Origin: Vicugna vicugna
Lineage: Eukaryota
NCBI GenBank assembly: GCA_013265495.1
Contig: MU058418.1
Location: 806,001 to 870,000, forward strand
Reading direction: 5' to 3'
DNA: 64,000 nucleotides
Shown here piece after piece: positions 52,311-64,000 of this stretch (its first letter is position 1; every line of letters starts with the position of its first letter). A program made the translations under genes and the position numbers. Under the pieces are notes generated by a model. It saw only the letters and a program-made list of their open reading frames with translations, was not told the origin of the DNA and did no database searches.

Positions 52311-52850
52311 CATCAACAGATGAATGGATAAAGAAGATGTGGTATATATACAATGGAAAATCACTCTGCCATAATAAAGAATGAAATAATGCCATTTGCA
52401 GCAACATGGATAGACCTAGAGGTTATTATATTTAGTGAAGTAAGTCAGAGAAAGACAAATATTATATGATATCACTTACTTGTGGAATCTAAGAAATAGT
52501 ACAAATGAACTTACTTACAAAACAGAAACAAATTCACAGACGTAGAAACAAACATGGTTACCAAAGGGGGACTGGAGGGAAGAGGGATAAATTGGGAGTA
52601 TGGGATTAACAAATACACACTGCCATATGCAAAACAGATAAACAACAAGGACCTAATGTATACTACAGAAAACCATATTCAATATCTTATAATAAACTAT
52701 AATGGAAAAGGATTGGAAAAAATTATGTACATATATATGTATAACTGATTCACTTTGCTGTACACCTGAAACTATCACAATATTGTAAATCAACTACACT
52801 TCAATTTTTTAAGGCTTTTTCTTTTGGGGAAAACTTCCTTAAAAAAATAA
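52311..52850 (+). mobile_element. L1 3' end inserted in a MIR
   Basis: CATCAACAGATGAATGGATAAAGAAG..CTACACTTCAAT; TSD AATC(A/C)TTTCT at 52301-52310 and 52851-52860. Confidence 0.9.
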
Positions 52851-54147
52851 AATCCTTTCTAATTCATCAGGTTATTAGGAGGCAGATATTAAATAACATA
52901 TGTAAAGCTCCTAGCACAGTGTCTAGCACTCAGAAATGTTTGTCTTTGTCCCTCTTCTTCTCTATCAGACTAAGATCCCCTCATGATGGGGATGCTGAGC
53001 ACAAACTACCTACTGCTCAGCTGGGGCTGTACCTATCAGACTGAGTGAAGTTTGGGGAAGTCTGGGAAACAGGAAGGAAATTGGAAAATTCCCACTTTCC
53101 AGTCTCCCCTCCATCTCTTTTGCAAAGGTAAGCAAGGATCTCAGGCACAAAACATGCCTGAGGATCACAGGGAGTCACAAGGGTAGGAAGACAGCATCCC
53201 TGTCCTTGGAGTTGCCTGCCCCTAATAGGGCAGACAGTACCAAGAATAAGTTAGCAGAAGCCACAGGGCATGGGATGCTAACAACATACATATAAGCACA
53301 AATATTCTACACACTTGTAAACAGGTTATGATAGCAAGGACAAAGCCACCTGCAGTTGATTAATGAAATAGCCAAGAGAGTGATTACTGAGTAATATTTT
53401 TCAATTGGGGGAAGGGATATGATTTGGGAGAACGAAAGAGGAAAGAAGAAAGCTAAGTAAGGAAGAGAGATGCCAGAAGGGCTGGCTTAGGTGGGAGGTG
53501 GACAGGCAGATTTGCAGGGCAGCAGGAGAAGCCATGCTTGAGGACCTGTGAAAAGATGGCAGCGGTTACATGTGGGGGAAGGGAGGGAGGCAGCTAATTG
53601 GTAGAGACCCTTGAAACCCATGATTAGGAGTTTTAATTTAATTCAAGAGGCAATTGGAGCTATTGTAGGTTTCTAAGAAGGGGAGTGATATGATCAAAAT
53701 GATGCTTGAGGACAATGGTACTTGCTGCTGTGAGCAGGGTGGATTAGATGAAAGAGATCTCAGGTTGGGAGGCTGATCTCAGGCTATTTCAGGAATCCAG
53801 GGTTATGGGGCACTGCCTAGAAAAGGACTCTGGGCATGGGATGGAAGAAGCAGAACTGGGATATATTATGGAGGATAAACATTCATTTGTTCTTTTTAGA
53901 ACCAGACACTGGATTAGGTGCTGGAATACAATGGGTAACAGGCACAGAGGATGGGATGGGGAGGGACAATTAAACAATTGGTGAGATAAGTGCTGTGACC
54001 ATTTGAATTAGAAGTATATGAATGTGCATGGCAGAAGCAGCATTTAACTGAATCATGGGGAAGGACACAGGTGATCAGGAAAGCCTTCTCAGAGGAAGTG
54101 GTGTTTACTCTGGCAACTTAATAAAGAATCAGAAATTAGCTGAGTGA

Positions 54148-54274
54148 CACAGAGAAAAAAATGTGACAATGAGTGTGTATATGTCCATGAATGACTGAAA
54201 AATTGTGCTGAACACTGGAATTTGACACAACATTGTAAAATGATTATAAATCAATAAAAAATGTTAAAAAAAAT
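54148..54274 (+). mobile_element. Young, heavily 5'-truncated L1 tail inside an L2
   Basis: Perfect TSD AAATTAGCTGAGTGA at 54133-54147 and 54275-54289; AATAAA plus A-tail. Confidence 0.88.
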
Positions 54275-55734
54275 AAATTAGCTGAGTGAAAAATCATTGA
54301 GGGAAATGTTCAGGCAAAAAGGCTCAAGATGAAAGGGTAGAAGTGGAGCCATGAGGTAAAGGGAAGAAATGTTTCCAGAAAGGCTCAAGGGAGCAAGCAG
54401 GGTGGGATCATATCAAGAAAGGCCTTGGATCTGCAATAAGGACTGTGGAACTTATCCTAAGAGCAGTGAAAGGCCAGTTTAGAAAGATCTCTGGCTACTG
54501 TGGCAGAAGGGAATTGCTTGTGGTGGTCTAGGGGAGAGATGATTGGGAAGCAGAGATGGAGACATGTAGATACTTGGGATGTAGAATGTATAGGATGGAA
54601 AGAGATTGAGAGGAAGAGTATTAGCAGAGATGTCATTAGCCCAGAGAGGGGAGAGGTATTCTCTAGTATCATCCAGCCAGCTTGTGCAAGCATCAATATC
54701 CAAATTTCTGGTTCTTTTTAAAATATGTATCTTTAGCTATAGGAGATCGAGGACCTCAGAAGGATAAATACATTTTTTTCTTTTTTCTTTTTAATTAAAG
54801 AAAACTGGAGTTGTTCATGGCATGAGGGGAAGGACCCAGTAGAAAAGAGAAGTTTGGAACTGGAGAGAGAGAAGATGCACGATGGAAAACATCCCACAGG
54901 AAAGCAAAGGAGGATGGAATCAAGCACACACAGAGCACTGTGATGACTGCTCTCTGTACAGTGAAGCAATAATTTGTACGGAAAGTAATTACAGGCATTC
55001 TCTCTTCCCCTCCCCTTCCTTCCCCTTTGTGCAACCCTCTTCCTGCTCTCCAAAAAATATGCATGGTTTGTATATTCTGTAAGATTGGATCATCACATAT
55101 CAGGTTTCCTTAAGGCAGAATGAATTCTATATTAGAGTGCAGGACCCAACACTCCCATTGTGTCCCTCTGAGGTTGTTACCTGGAGCATAGGATAAACAT
55201 CCAGCTATTTTTGTCAATCAAGGAGTGTTTTAGGATCGATTTATATGTAATATATTCTGTCAGGGAAACTCTCATGGGCTCAGCCATTCAGGGACTATTC
55301 ACTGGGCACTGGACACCACTGGGATGAAGGGAGGTGCCTGCCCTTGAGGAGTCTACTATCCATTTGTGGAGGAGACAGGTAAACATGAGATACTAAATTG
55401 ATGATGCTAATCATGTACGTTGAGTGTACACAATAGGGGTGTGCTGAAGAGAAAGAGATCAACAGTTTGGGTGGGTTGGGAAAGGCTTCTCAGAGAGGCA
55501 GGACTTGAGCTGATCCCTGGAGGAGGACTTTCCTGGCTGGAACTTCACATGAGCAAACGCACAGAGGTTGTACTGTGTTGCGTGTTGAATGTGGTGCATT
55601 TAAAGGGCAGTTACACATCCTGTCTGACCGTGGCTAAGGGTCCAGAAGTGGGAAGAAGTAACGCTGGATAGGTGGTTGGGCCATTTCTCAAGATGGAGCA
55701 GAAGGCAAGTCTGACACCAATTATTAAAAGCACA

Positions 55735-55850
55735 GGGAGAAGGGTATAGCTCAAGCAGTAGAGCACATGCTTAGCATGTATGAGGTCCTGGGTTCAATCC
55801 CCAGTACCTTCTCTAGAAATAAATAAACCTAATTACCTCTCCCAGCAAAA
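55735..55850 (+). mobile_element. tRNA-Ala-derived SINE
   Basis: GGGTATAGCTCAAGCAGTAGAGCACATGCTTAGCATG..GGGTTCAATCCCCAG..AAACCTAATTACCTC. Confidence 0.88.
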
Positions 55851-56881
55851 AGTAATATTAATAAGTAGTTTTTTTTAAGTGCCTATACTCCTAATTGACA
55901 CCAATAATTGAAAACAATGTGTTGGATAAGCATTGCCCAGCGCCTGTTGGAAAGAAACTGATAAATGATGTTTTACAAAGTTTTCTCAGTTTGCCCATAG
56001 AGGCAAGAGATGGGCTTTAGGCAAAGTGAAATCCTTTTAAAATGGGCACTTTGGAGACTTCCTTTTTGTGTCAAACTGCTGCTGAGGAATGAAGAAATTT
56101 GGAGGGGATGCTGGAAATGCTCTTTGTTGTGATTGTGGTGGTGTTTATGGGCACAAACATTTGTCAAAACCCATCGAATTGTACACTTAAAGTGGGTGTT
56201 TTATTGTATGCAAAGCATACCGCAAAAAAGTTTATTTTTAAAAAGCAATTTGCATAATAAAACTATTAGAATGAATCTAAAATAAATAAGGAAATTAATA
56301 AATAACTGTGCTGGACTTCTTTTCTTTCAGCTGAGCAATGCCATTTTGGAACTAGTTTAGGACTTCTAGGGAATAAGCAGGAAAAGAAAAAGATTCTGAG
56401 AGACTAAGTTGACTGGAAACCAAATTTTCCAATTTACTACTACGATTATTAACCAGCCAGCATGGGTTTACATAATTAATGATCCCAAAGGTTTTTATGA
56501 CTTTCATTTTTTCTTTTGCCTTTAAATATGTTCTTCAATAAGCCAATCATGGGAATGCACTGCAGGTGGTGAGAAGCATAAATTGCTGGGTGTAATTACC
56601 TCCTGAGACATTGCATTAGGACAAAGATACACTTAAACTGGCATTTTAGGATCTCTCTTTCCCAGCCTACACTGTATGGGTTTGCTGCATTATTTAAAAA
56701 CATCCAATTCTACTATAGAAGAAAGAAAAATACATAAGGTGGGTAAAACTCATAAGAAGGTTTCAACACAAATAGAAAGTAAATGAGTAGCTCATGAGAA
56801 ATAAAACTCAGGATCTGTTAAGTATACATGAGTGAGTAAATAGCCTATGAAACACAGAATTCATAAGGTATGCTAAGTATT

Positions 56882-56983
56882 GGGAGGAGGATATAGCTCA
56901 ATGGTACAGTTCCAGATTAGCATGCATGAGGTCCTGGGTTCCATCCCCAGTATCACCATTAAAAGTAAATAAATAAATGTTTA
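56882..56983 (+). mobile_element. tRNA-Ala-derived SINE
   Basis: Diverged tRNA-Ala head; TSD AAG(G/A)TATGCTAAGTATT at 56865-56881 and 56984-57000. Confidence 0.87.
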
Positions 56984-59147
56984 AAGATATGCTAAGTATT
57001 AGGTAGTAATTGGTAACATGTAAAATATGTTATATGTCAAAAAGACAGAACAACAAGAAGTTACTTATAGACAAAAAGGGATACATTGTGGATTATGCTA
57101 CATCTAGGCTGGTAGTTACCTCATTCCTTAATCAGTCACTTTCCAGCGATCTCATTGGCAAGCTTTGACTCTGTGCACGGGTACCTGCCCTGTGTCTTTT
57201 CAATAAAGCAAGCTTGGAGTAGTTCCAGGCACCTTCTCTCTATTGACCCCACCCTATCTTGTCCAACCTCAACTCTGGTCCTCCTGTCTACAGCACAAAC
57301 AGAGAGAGAAAAGTGATCTTCCTTCCATGCTGCTTGCCCCCATCTGAAAGGTGTTAACCAATCCCATCTATGTTCCCTTGTTTCCCATTCTGTGTTTTAA
57401 ATATTCAATAAATAATGGTATTTAAGAAATTTAATTTGGCCCATGAGCCTTTCTATTCCCTGACCTCTAAGAAAGCTTTCCTGGGAGTAAACTTGGAGGC
57501 TGTAATTCCTTATGACACAGCCTGATTTGGTGGGTAGTTAAAGGAGTCTTAAATTCATTTGATATTTTTAAACATGTTTATGATGCAAATAAAATTTTAT
57601 TTCTGAGTTTCCAAGCCAAGTCAGTGTTTATCCAAGTCCCTTCATCACATGTGCTGCCAGGTAGCATGAGTGCATATGTCACTACAGACAGAGGGGAAAA
57701 GAATCAAAACTTTTTTGTGGAAGGACAGGAGAGGAGGAGGAAGAGGGATTCAGAGAAAGGGACACTTCCCTCTATGACCCCCGTTCATTCAATAAACACT
57801 TAATGAAGCTCTGCCATGTTCCACTGATTGTGGAAGGGTAAGAGTGATGAGTCCCACCCGCAGGGAGCACGCTTTCTCCAGGAGGCCCCAGATGCATGAA
57901 ACGTGAACAAATAAGTGAGCAAAGTGCAGAAGAGGCATTTATAAAGGGAGAGTGGAAGAGGAAAATATTTGAGTTTCATCAGTGGAGGAAGTTAGAGAAG
58001 ATGTTGTAGAGGAGGTAGTCTTTAAGCTGGGTCTCAGAAAATGGGTAGAATTTCAAAGCAAAGACTAAAGGGCAGTGGTATGATAGATTTTCAGTTTCAG
58101 CATCTCTATCACCACTTACACAACTTTTGATGTAGTTGCTGATGGCTTAAGAAATAGTTCTTTCTATACCCCATAAAATAAAATTAAAAAAAAAAAACGG
58201 TCTGGGACACAGAAAAGCAGAAAGGAAGAGTCAGGATAAGTCAGTTTTTGGATAATTTGGCCGAGAACAAATGAACCATGCCAATAAGATTTTAAGAAAA
58301 CATGGACAAAATCAATTCCTTGTTCAGATGTGTCACAAAGGGAACAACAACAAAAATCATCCAAGTGAGTAATTCTGCTGACTCCTGGACTTCGACCTGG
58401 GAATTTTCCAGCAGTGTGATATTGCTTTACAGGCAAATGAAGATCCCAGGGAAACAGGATTCCTACATAAAAACTGGCAGCCATGCTGGCTTGCAGGCAG
58501 GGCTTGCCTACATTTTTAATAAAACTGTCAGATTAAGCAATGCTTGGCTGCAGTATATTATTAATACAAATTCTAAACTGTCAATTAGTTAACTGGCTGG
58601 TAAAAAGAACCTGGTTTATAAGATTGCTGCTAATGAATATAATGCTTTGTTCTCAAGCAAAGCATCTGCTTTGGATATGTAATTAGAAGAAAGGCCCCCT
58701 CCCACCCTCCCCATAGGGAGAACATGTGCAGCTTTATTCAAAGGAGCTTATTATACCTGTGAGGGGTCAAAGTCTGTGGATCTGTGGCTTATGGTATTAT
58801 GACAGATTACAAAATCATTCCATTATGCTAGTCAATCTGTTTTCAAGCACCTAGCAGGGAGCTGGCTGGGCACTAGATGCTCTGGAACAAGATTCCCATT
58901 GGTTTTCTTCCTAAGGTCTTATGATGTTGTTGACATCACCCGACAGCTCGCATGTTAGAGCCTTTCTGTCTGACTTCTGCCTCTGTTCCCGCCAAGCTCG
59001 CCTCTGAGAGTCAGCCTGCGCCTCAGGCCACAACCAGCTTCCAAGAAGAGCTTAAGTGGATTTGAAATCCACGGGTAGCCCCATCACTTGTGCTAATGAA
59101 AGGGAAAAGGAAGCAGAACACTTAAACCCCATGTGTCCTTTGTTTCT

Positions 59148-59378
59148 TTTTTTTTGTTGTTTGAACATTTTTTATTGATTTATAATCATTTTACAATGTT
59201 GTGTCAAATTCCAGTGTAAAGCACAATTTTTCAGTTATACATGAACATATGTATATTCATTGTCACATTTTTTTTTCTCTGTGAGCTACCATAAGATCTT
59301 TTGTATATTTCCCTGGGCTATACAGTATAATCTTGTTTATCTATTCTACAATTTTGAAATCCCGTCTATCCCTTCCCA
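59148..59378 (-). mobile_element. Young 5'-truncated L1 tail (same subfamily as 54148-54274)
   Basis: Perfect 20-bp TSD CCCATGTGTCCTTTGTTTCT at 59128-59147 and 59379-59398. Confidence 0.9.
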
Positions 59379-61304
59379 CCCATGTGTCCTTTGTTTCTGA
59401 CTCTCCCTCTTTCCTACCCTTCCCCCTTCTCTCCTTTTTTCTTTTCCATTATTTCCTTAGTTCCTCATTCCACTCCTTCTCCCACGGGCATACACCTTCT
59501 TATATTTAGAGAGAAGAGCAGCTAGTTAGAAACCTGTCTTCTCTAAAATCCTTTGTTTTGAAGTCAGTTGTCACAGGTACCTACAAAACCATTTCACACT
59601 TTAGAGGTTGAACGATATTTGATATTTGCCTGATACTCCAAAGAAGTGGTTTCAAGGAAAGTCAATTTTATTCCCTCAGCAGAGTAATCATTACTCTTAA
59701 AAGTTTTTCTTCCTCATAGTCTACTTTTCCAGCAGTGCCCTGGCATTGGCTGGAGAGTATGTGCAGAAAGGGAGGGCGTGATCATCTTCATTCCTGCCAA
59801 CTACACCCTCCCTGCCTAGTTTCTGCAATTGTCCAAACAGCCCAGAGTTTACAAACAGGAAATTGATTGGGGGATGTGAAATGTCAAATCATAATGTTTA
59901 TAAGACTTAATGAGCTGGAATAAAAACCACAATTTTCAAGTAGTAATATCTGAAAGAAAAAAAAATAAAGACCATAAAGACCAATAAAGAGGAATAGAAC
60001 TGCTTCCCTGAAATGGAGGAAGAGCTTGGCTCCAGTGGGAAAGCAGCATTCACTATTGCCGTTTGTTGGGAAAGTCACACACCCCTTGGAAGACACAGCA
60101 TTTTTCATCAGTGAATTCTTTCTAGGTGACCGTTAGGGACTGAAAATATATATGCTAAGGCAAGAGATGAGAGGAAGCTGAACAGACCTAGGGGAAAAAT
60201 GGTCTCACCCAGAAGGGCTCTGTAGTTACCAAAGTGGGAGCAGAAGCTGAGCTGATTAAGGGACTTGTGTCAGTCACATCAGTAATTGATAGTTTAGTGT
60301 TATTTTTGCCCCGTGTCTCCTAGGTATCCTCCTACAGCCTTATTTAATAGTTCTATCAGTACAGTGTGCCACTGGACTGTACCCTCTTTGTAAAGAAGAC
60401 TGCCTGGTCTACAGGGCTTTTACCTGGTGTGCAAAGATGTTCTCCAACATGTGTAGAGAAGGGAAGCTGGGAAGAGAGCCATTGTAAGTGAAAAATGGAG
60501 GAACTGGATCCTGGAATATTTGATACAAGAGCCTGCTGGTGTAGTGCAAGGAACATGGACTCTGGCATTAGACGCACCCGGATTTAATTCATGGCTTTCA
60601 CTTTTTAGTTGTGTGACCTTCAACCATTTGGTGAATTTTCCTGAGTCTCAGTCTCATCATATGTAAAAACGAGTTTGGTATAATCAGAACTACCTTGGGA
60701 GAAAAACAATTTTTTTAAAATGTCCAGAGTAGGGTCTAGCACGTAATAGAAGCTCAGTAATGGGTAGGTTTTTTTTAAAAAAATTATTATTGGTTTCAAA
60801 ACACTGGACATTTTAGTGGAGTCCAGAGGATCCTAGGCATCAAAAGATGAAGAATTTAGGAAGCATTTCAAGATCTCATATTGCAGAACAACACTCATGA
60901 GACCACTTCACGTGCTAAGGAAAATCCTATGGTCTGGGCAACTTACAAAACATAAAGCCCTTTATCTCTTCACCCCATTAGAGTACAAGGTCCCTCGGGA
61001 AAGGAAAGGAGGCTTCCTCATCTCTGTGTCCCCGAAACCTCCCAATAGTGCTTGGACATTCATAGAGGAATGTAGACTGATATGTGATGGGAAACATTAC
61101 AAGGGACTGTCAGAGTGCAGTCCAGATTTAGGAAACGTTCCAATTAGAAGAAATTGCCCTGGGCTGATGAGTCTATGTGTTTTACTGCCCACATCAATGT
61201 TCTCGGAGACATCATTCCTGGCAGGAAATTCTGAATCCAGTTGACATCATAATTGCACAGCTCATTGCTGTTTGAACAATAATCCACAATCCTCCAGCTT
61301 GGTT

Positions 61305-61805
61305 TATTCGTTAATTCACATATTCAATAAATATATATCAAGCATCTACACTGTACCAGGTGCTATCTGTGACGCTAGGGGTTCGTACATGAGCAAGACA
61401 AGTAAATTCTGACAGAACTTACCTTCTTGGGGGAGGGGAGAGGCACAGACAAACAGTAAAAAATGAACTTAATAATTTCAAATCATGGTAGGCCTATGAG
61501 GGAAACAAATAGATGATGGGCTGGAGACTAAGTGGATAGAGGAGGTACTTTCTTCAGGTAAAGTGCCTCAGAAAGGCTTCCTTTGGGATAAGGAGCCAGT
61601 CCTGAGGAGAGAGAGCATTCTAGGTCAAGGGGGCAGATGAGGCCAGGGGCAGGGCCTCCGAAATGGGGAACAGGTGGAATTTGAGTAACAGAATGGAATC
61701 TAGCTGGGCTGGAGCTTGGTAAATAAGGGACGAGTGGTCAGCAATGAACCTGGGAAAAGCAAGTGGGGTCAGTTCATGAGGGCAATGTGAGGGGTTTGGG
61801 CTGAC
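61305..61805 (-). mobile_element. L2 3' fragment
   Basis: ATTCAATAAATATATATCAAGCATCTACACTGTACCAGG, a reverse L2 end. Confidence 0.65.
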
Positions 61806-63224
61806 CACGTGGTTCTTAGGATTCTTTCATAGAATGTTTGATGGATACTTTCCATTTGTGTACATTGGCTCTTCTGCAGGGTACTAAGAGGGCAGATCTC
61901 TACACACCCCATTATACCATGAGAGATTACTCTTAAGTCAGTCTTTGTCTACCCCTATGAGCCACAGAAACTAACTGAATTGGAAGCAGCCTTCCCCAGG
62001 AACATTTCTTCCCCCATTTTTTAATTGAAGTATAGTCAGTTTACAATGTGTCAATTTCTGGTGTACAGCATAGTGTTATAGTCTTATACATATATTCCCA
62101 AGGACATTTTTATCAAGGGTAATCTATTTGATATTTTATTTTTATTTCAACTTTAATTTTTTATCGTGTACCTGAATAAAGAGACACTTGAATGGGTACC
62201 TGTCCAACATCTGAGAATGTAGAAGAAGGAAAGTAGTCAACAAAATCCATGAAAAGAAAGTAAAGAAACAAGGCATGTGAGAGAGTTCTAAGCCTCTTGA
62301 ATTAGTCTCAGGCTAAGGATCCCCATTGCTCAATGGTGTGTGATTAGAAGGACATTATTAGAGCTTTGTACTTAAGAAATACTGGGCAGCTGACTAGTGG
62401 ACTGGAGAAACACATCAGAATGCTAATGATAAATTTATACTCACAGTAGTTCTATTTTCTAATCTAATTGGGATTTCTCTATTATTCTATTACATGAGTT
62501 CCTTTAACTCAGTGCGTGAATATTTTGAAAGCACAGATGCATGTAACATTATTTTTTTCAAATAAAAGAGAAAAACATTTTCTTTGCAAGCACTGGAGCC
62601 TTCTTTCTTCTTACTATTCTCTTAGAGAAGCAGGGCAGCATTACATAATAGGAAGAATTAGGGGTCTTCAGTCAAAAATTGGTCTCCAACTGCTGTGGAC
62701 AAATCATTTCAGCTCTCTGAGCCTCAGTTTTCCCTTCAGGGGATATTAAAGCAGATAACTGGAGAGTCTCTTGAGTCCTTTCTAGCTCGAAGAGTCTGTG
62801 ATTTTAGAAAGCAAGGAGATGTTTCTGAGGAGGGATGAAAAAATATAATAAAAGATGAGGGAGGCAAGAAGAGACAGAATGTAAGAAAAGCAAAGCAAAG
62901 GTAGATTTCCCTCCTCACCTTGACCCTGAAGTCCAAAAGGTTAAAGGGATCTTTACTCTGTGTGGGCTTCTCCCAATAACCTTAATTCAAAAGTATGCCA
63001 GTTGCTTAATTTATCCAGAATAGTCTCTTAAGCCCTTTGCAGTGCGCTTCATCAAGGTCTTCAACAACATGATGAAAAAGCCCTGAAGACATTTTGATAG
63101 GTGAACTTAGAAAAGTTTCTTGATCCTAAATCAAGTCTTATATTTTGCTATCTCAACTCATTAGGATTCATTTCAGGTCAAGTTATCCTTTGAAATATAT
63201 CTGCAGGTTTTGTATGTGTGTGTG

Positions 63225-63231
63225 TGTGTGC
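63225..63231. repeat. End of a short (TG)n microsatellite (about 63215-63231)
   Basis: TGTGTG run directly visible. Confidence 0.6.
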
Positions 63232-63831
63232 GTGTCCAGAGGACCAACCTAGGGAAAGAATATTCTTGTTGAGCATATGAAATAGAATTCCCAACCTCCT
63301 GTCTCCAGAAGTGGCTTAGAAATTAGTGTCGCTCAGATTCACTCATCTAGTCAACACACCAGGTCCTAAGCTCCTGTGAGAGGAGGCAGGTGAGTAAATG
63401 GCAGTTACAGCTCATGGCAAGGGGGTGGTACAGGTGTTGAGGGGGCTCAGAGGAGGATGATGCTAGTGACCTATGAGAGTGGCTTGGGCTCAGATGGTGC
63501 AGGGGAAATGGAGAGAAGTAGATAGACTCAAGATATGCTGAAGGAAAAACTGACAAGAAAGGGCAATGGACTGCATAAGGAATATAGGCAAAGGCTGTGT
63601 TTCTAGTTAGAGCAACTGTGTGGGCATTGGTACCCATTTCCTGAGATGGGGAATCATCTCAGTGTTAGACATGTTGTCTGATAAACTATAAGTTCTAAAT
63701 TAAGATATAACTTCTCCAAGGGGTATGTGCATTTAAAAAAGAAAGCTCTCAAGAATCAAAAATGGTGAAGCTAGAGTGGTAGACTGGCGGGCACAAATTG
63801 TTTGGTTTGGTTTTTTTGGGGGGGTGTACTA

Positions 63832-64000
63832 TTTGTTTTTTAATTTTGATATAATTGACATATAACCTTATACTAGTTTTTCAGATGTATGACATAAGGA
63901 TTTGATGTTTATCTCTATTGCAAAATGATCACCACAATAAGTGTAGTTAACATTCATCACCATAACAATTTTTTTCCCTGTGGTGAGCACTTTTAAGATC
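63832..64000 (-). mobile_element. L1 (L1MA-like) 3' end, reverse, cut by the window edge
   Basis: GATATAATTGACATATAAC..TGCAAAATGATCACCACAATAAG..TTTTAAGATC. Confidence 0.8.

Noticed and set aside
1..64000. CRISPR arrays, rRNA, snoRNA, intact transposase/RT/gag-pol, or a second protein-coding gene
   Set aside because: None is visible by eye. All mobile elements are short or decayed. An Rfam/Infernal scan would be needed to exclude small ncRNAs.

Overview
AT-rich mammalian genomic DNA, probably camelid (inferred from six tRNA-Ala-derived Vic-1-like SINEs). It contains the 5' half of SEC63 (ER translocon J-domain protein) on the minus strand. Coding exons 1-10 run from 35489 down to 471 and give 961 nt of CDS; all introns are GT-AG, the frame is intact, and the gene continues beyond the left edge. 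The SEC63 CpG-island promoter lies at about 34.9-36.0 kb, followed by about 28 kb of upstream intergenic DNA. Intron 1 (21.8 kb) holds an antisense RPL23A processed pseudogene. The rest is dense in L1, L2, MIR, LTR and hAT/Tigger relics. Nearly all ORFs in the supplied track are spurious. I found no convincing novel biological system. The most useful leads are an I44N difference in SEC63, promoter motifs (TCTCGCGAGA, XBP1-like site, 5'UTR palindrome), a head-to-head SINE pair at an L1 target site, a polyadenylated retro-copied LTR tail, cryptic RNA-processing signals in intron 1, a CTCF site and candidate enhancers. Repeat family names come from recalled consensus sequences, and their boundaries are approximate.
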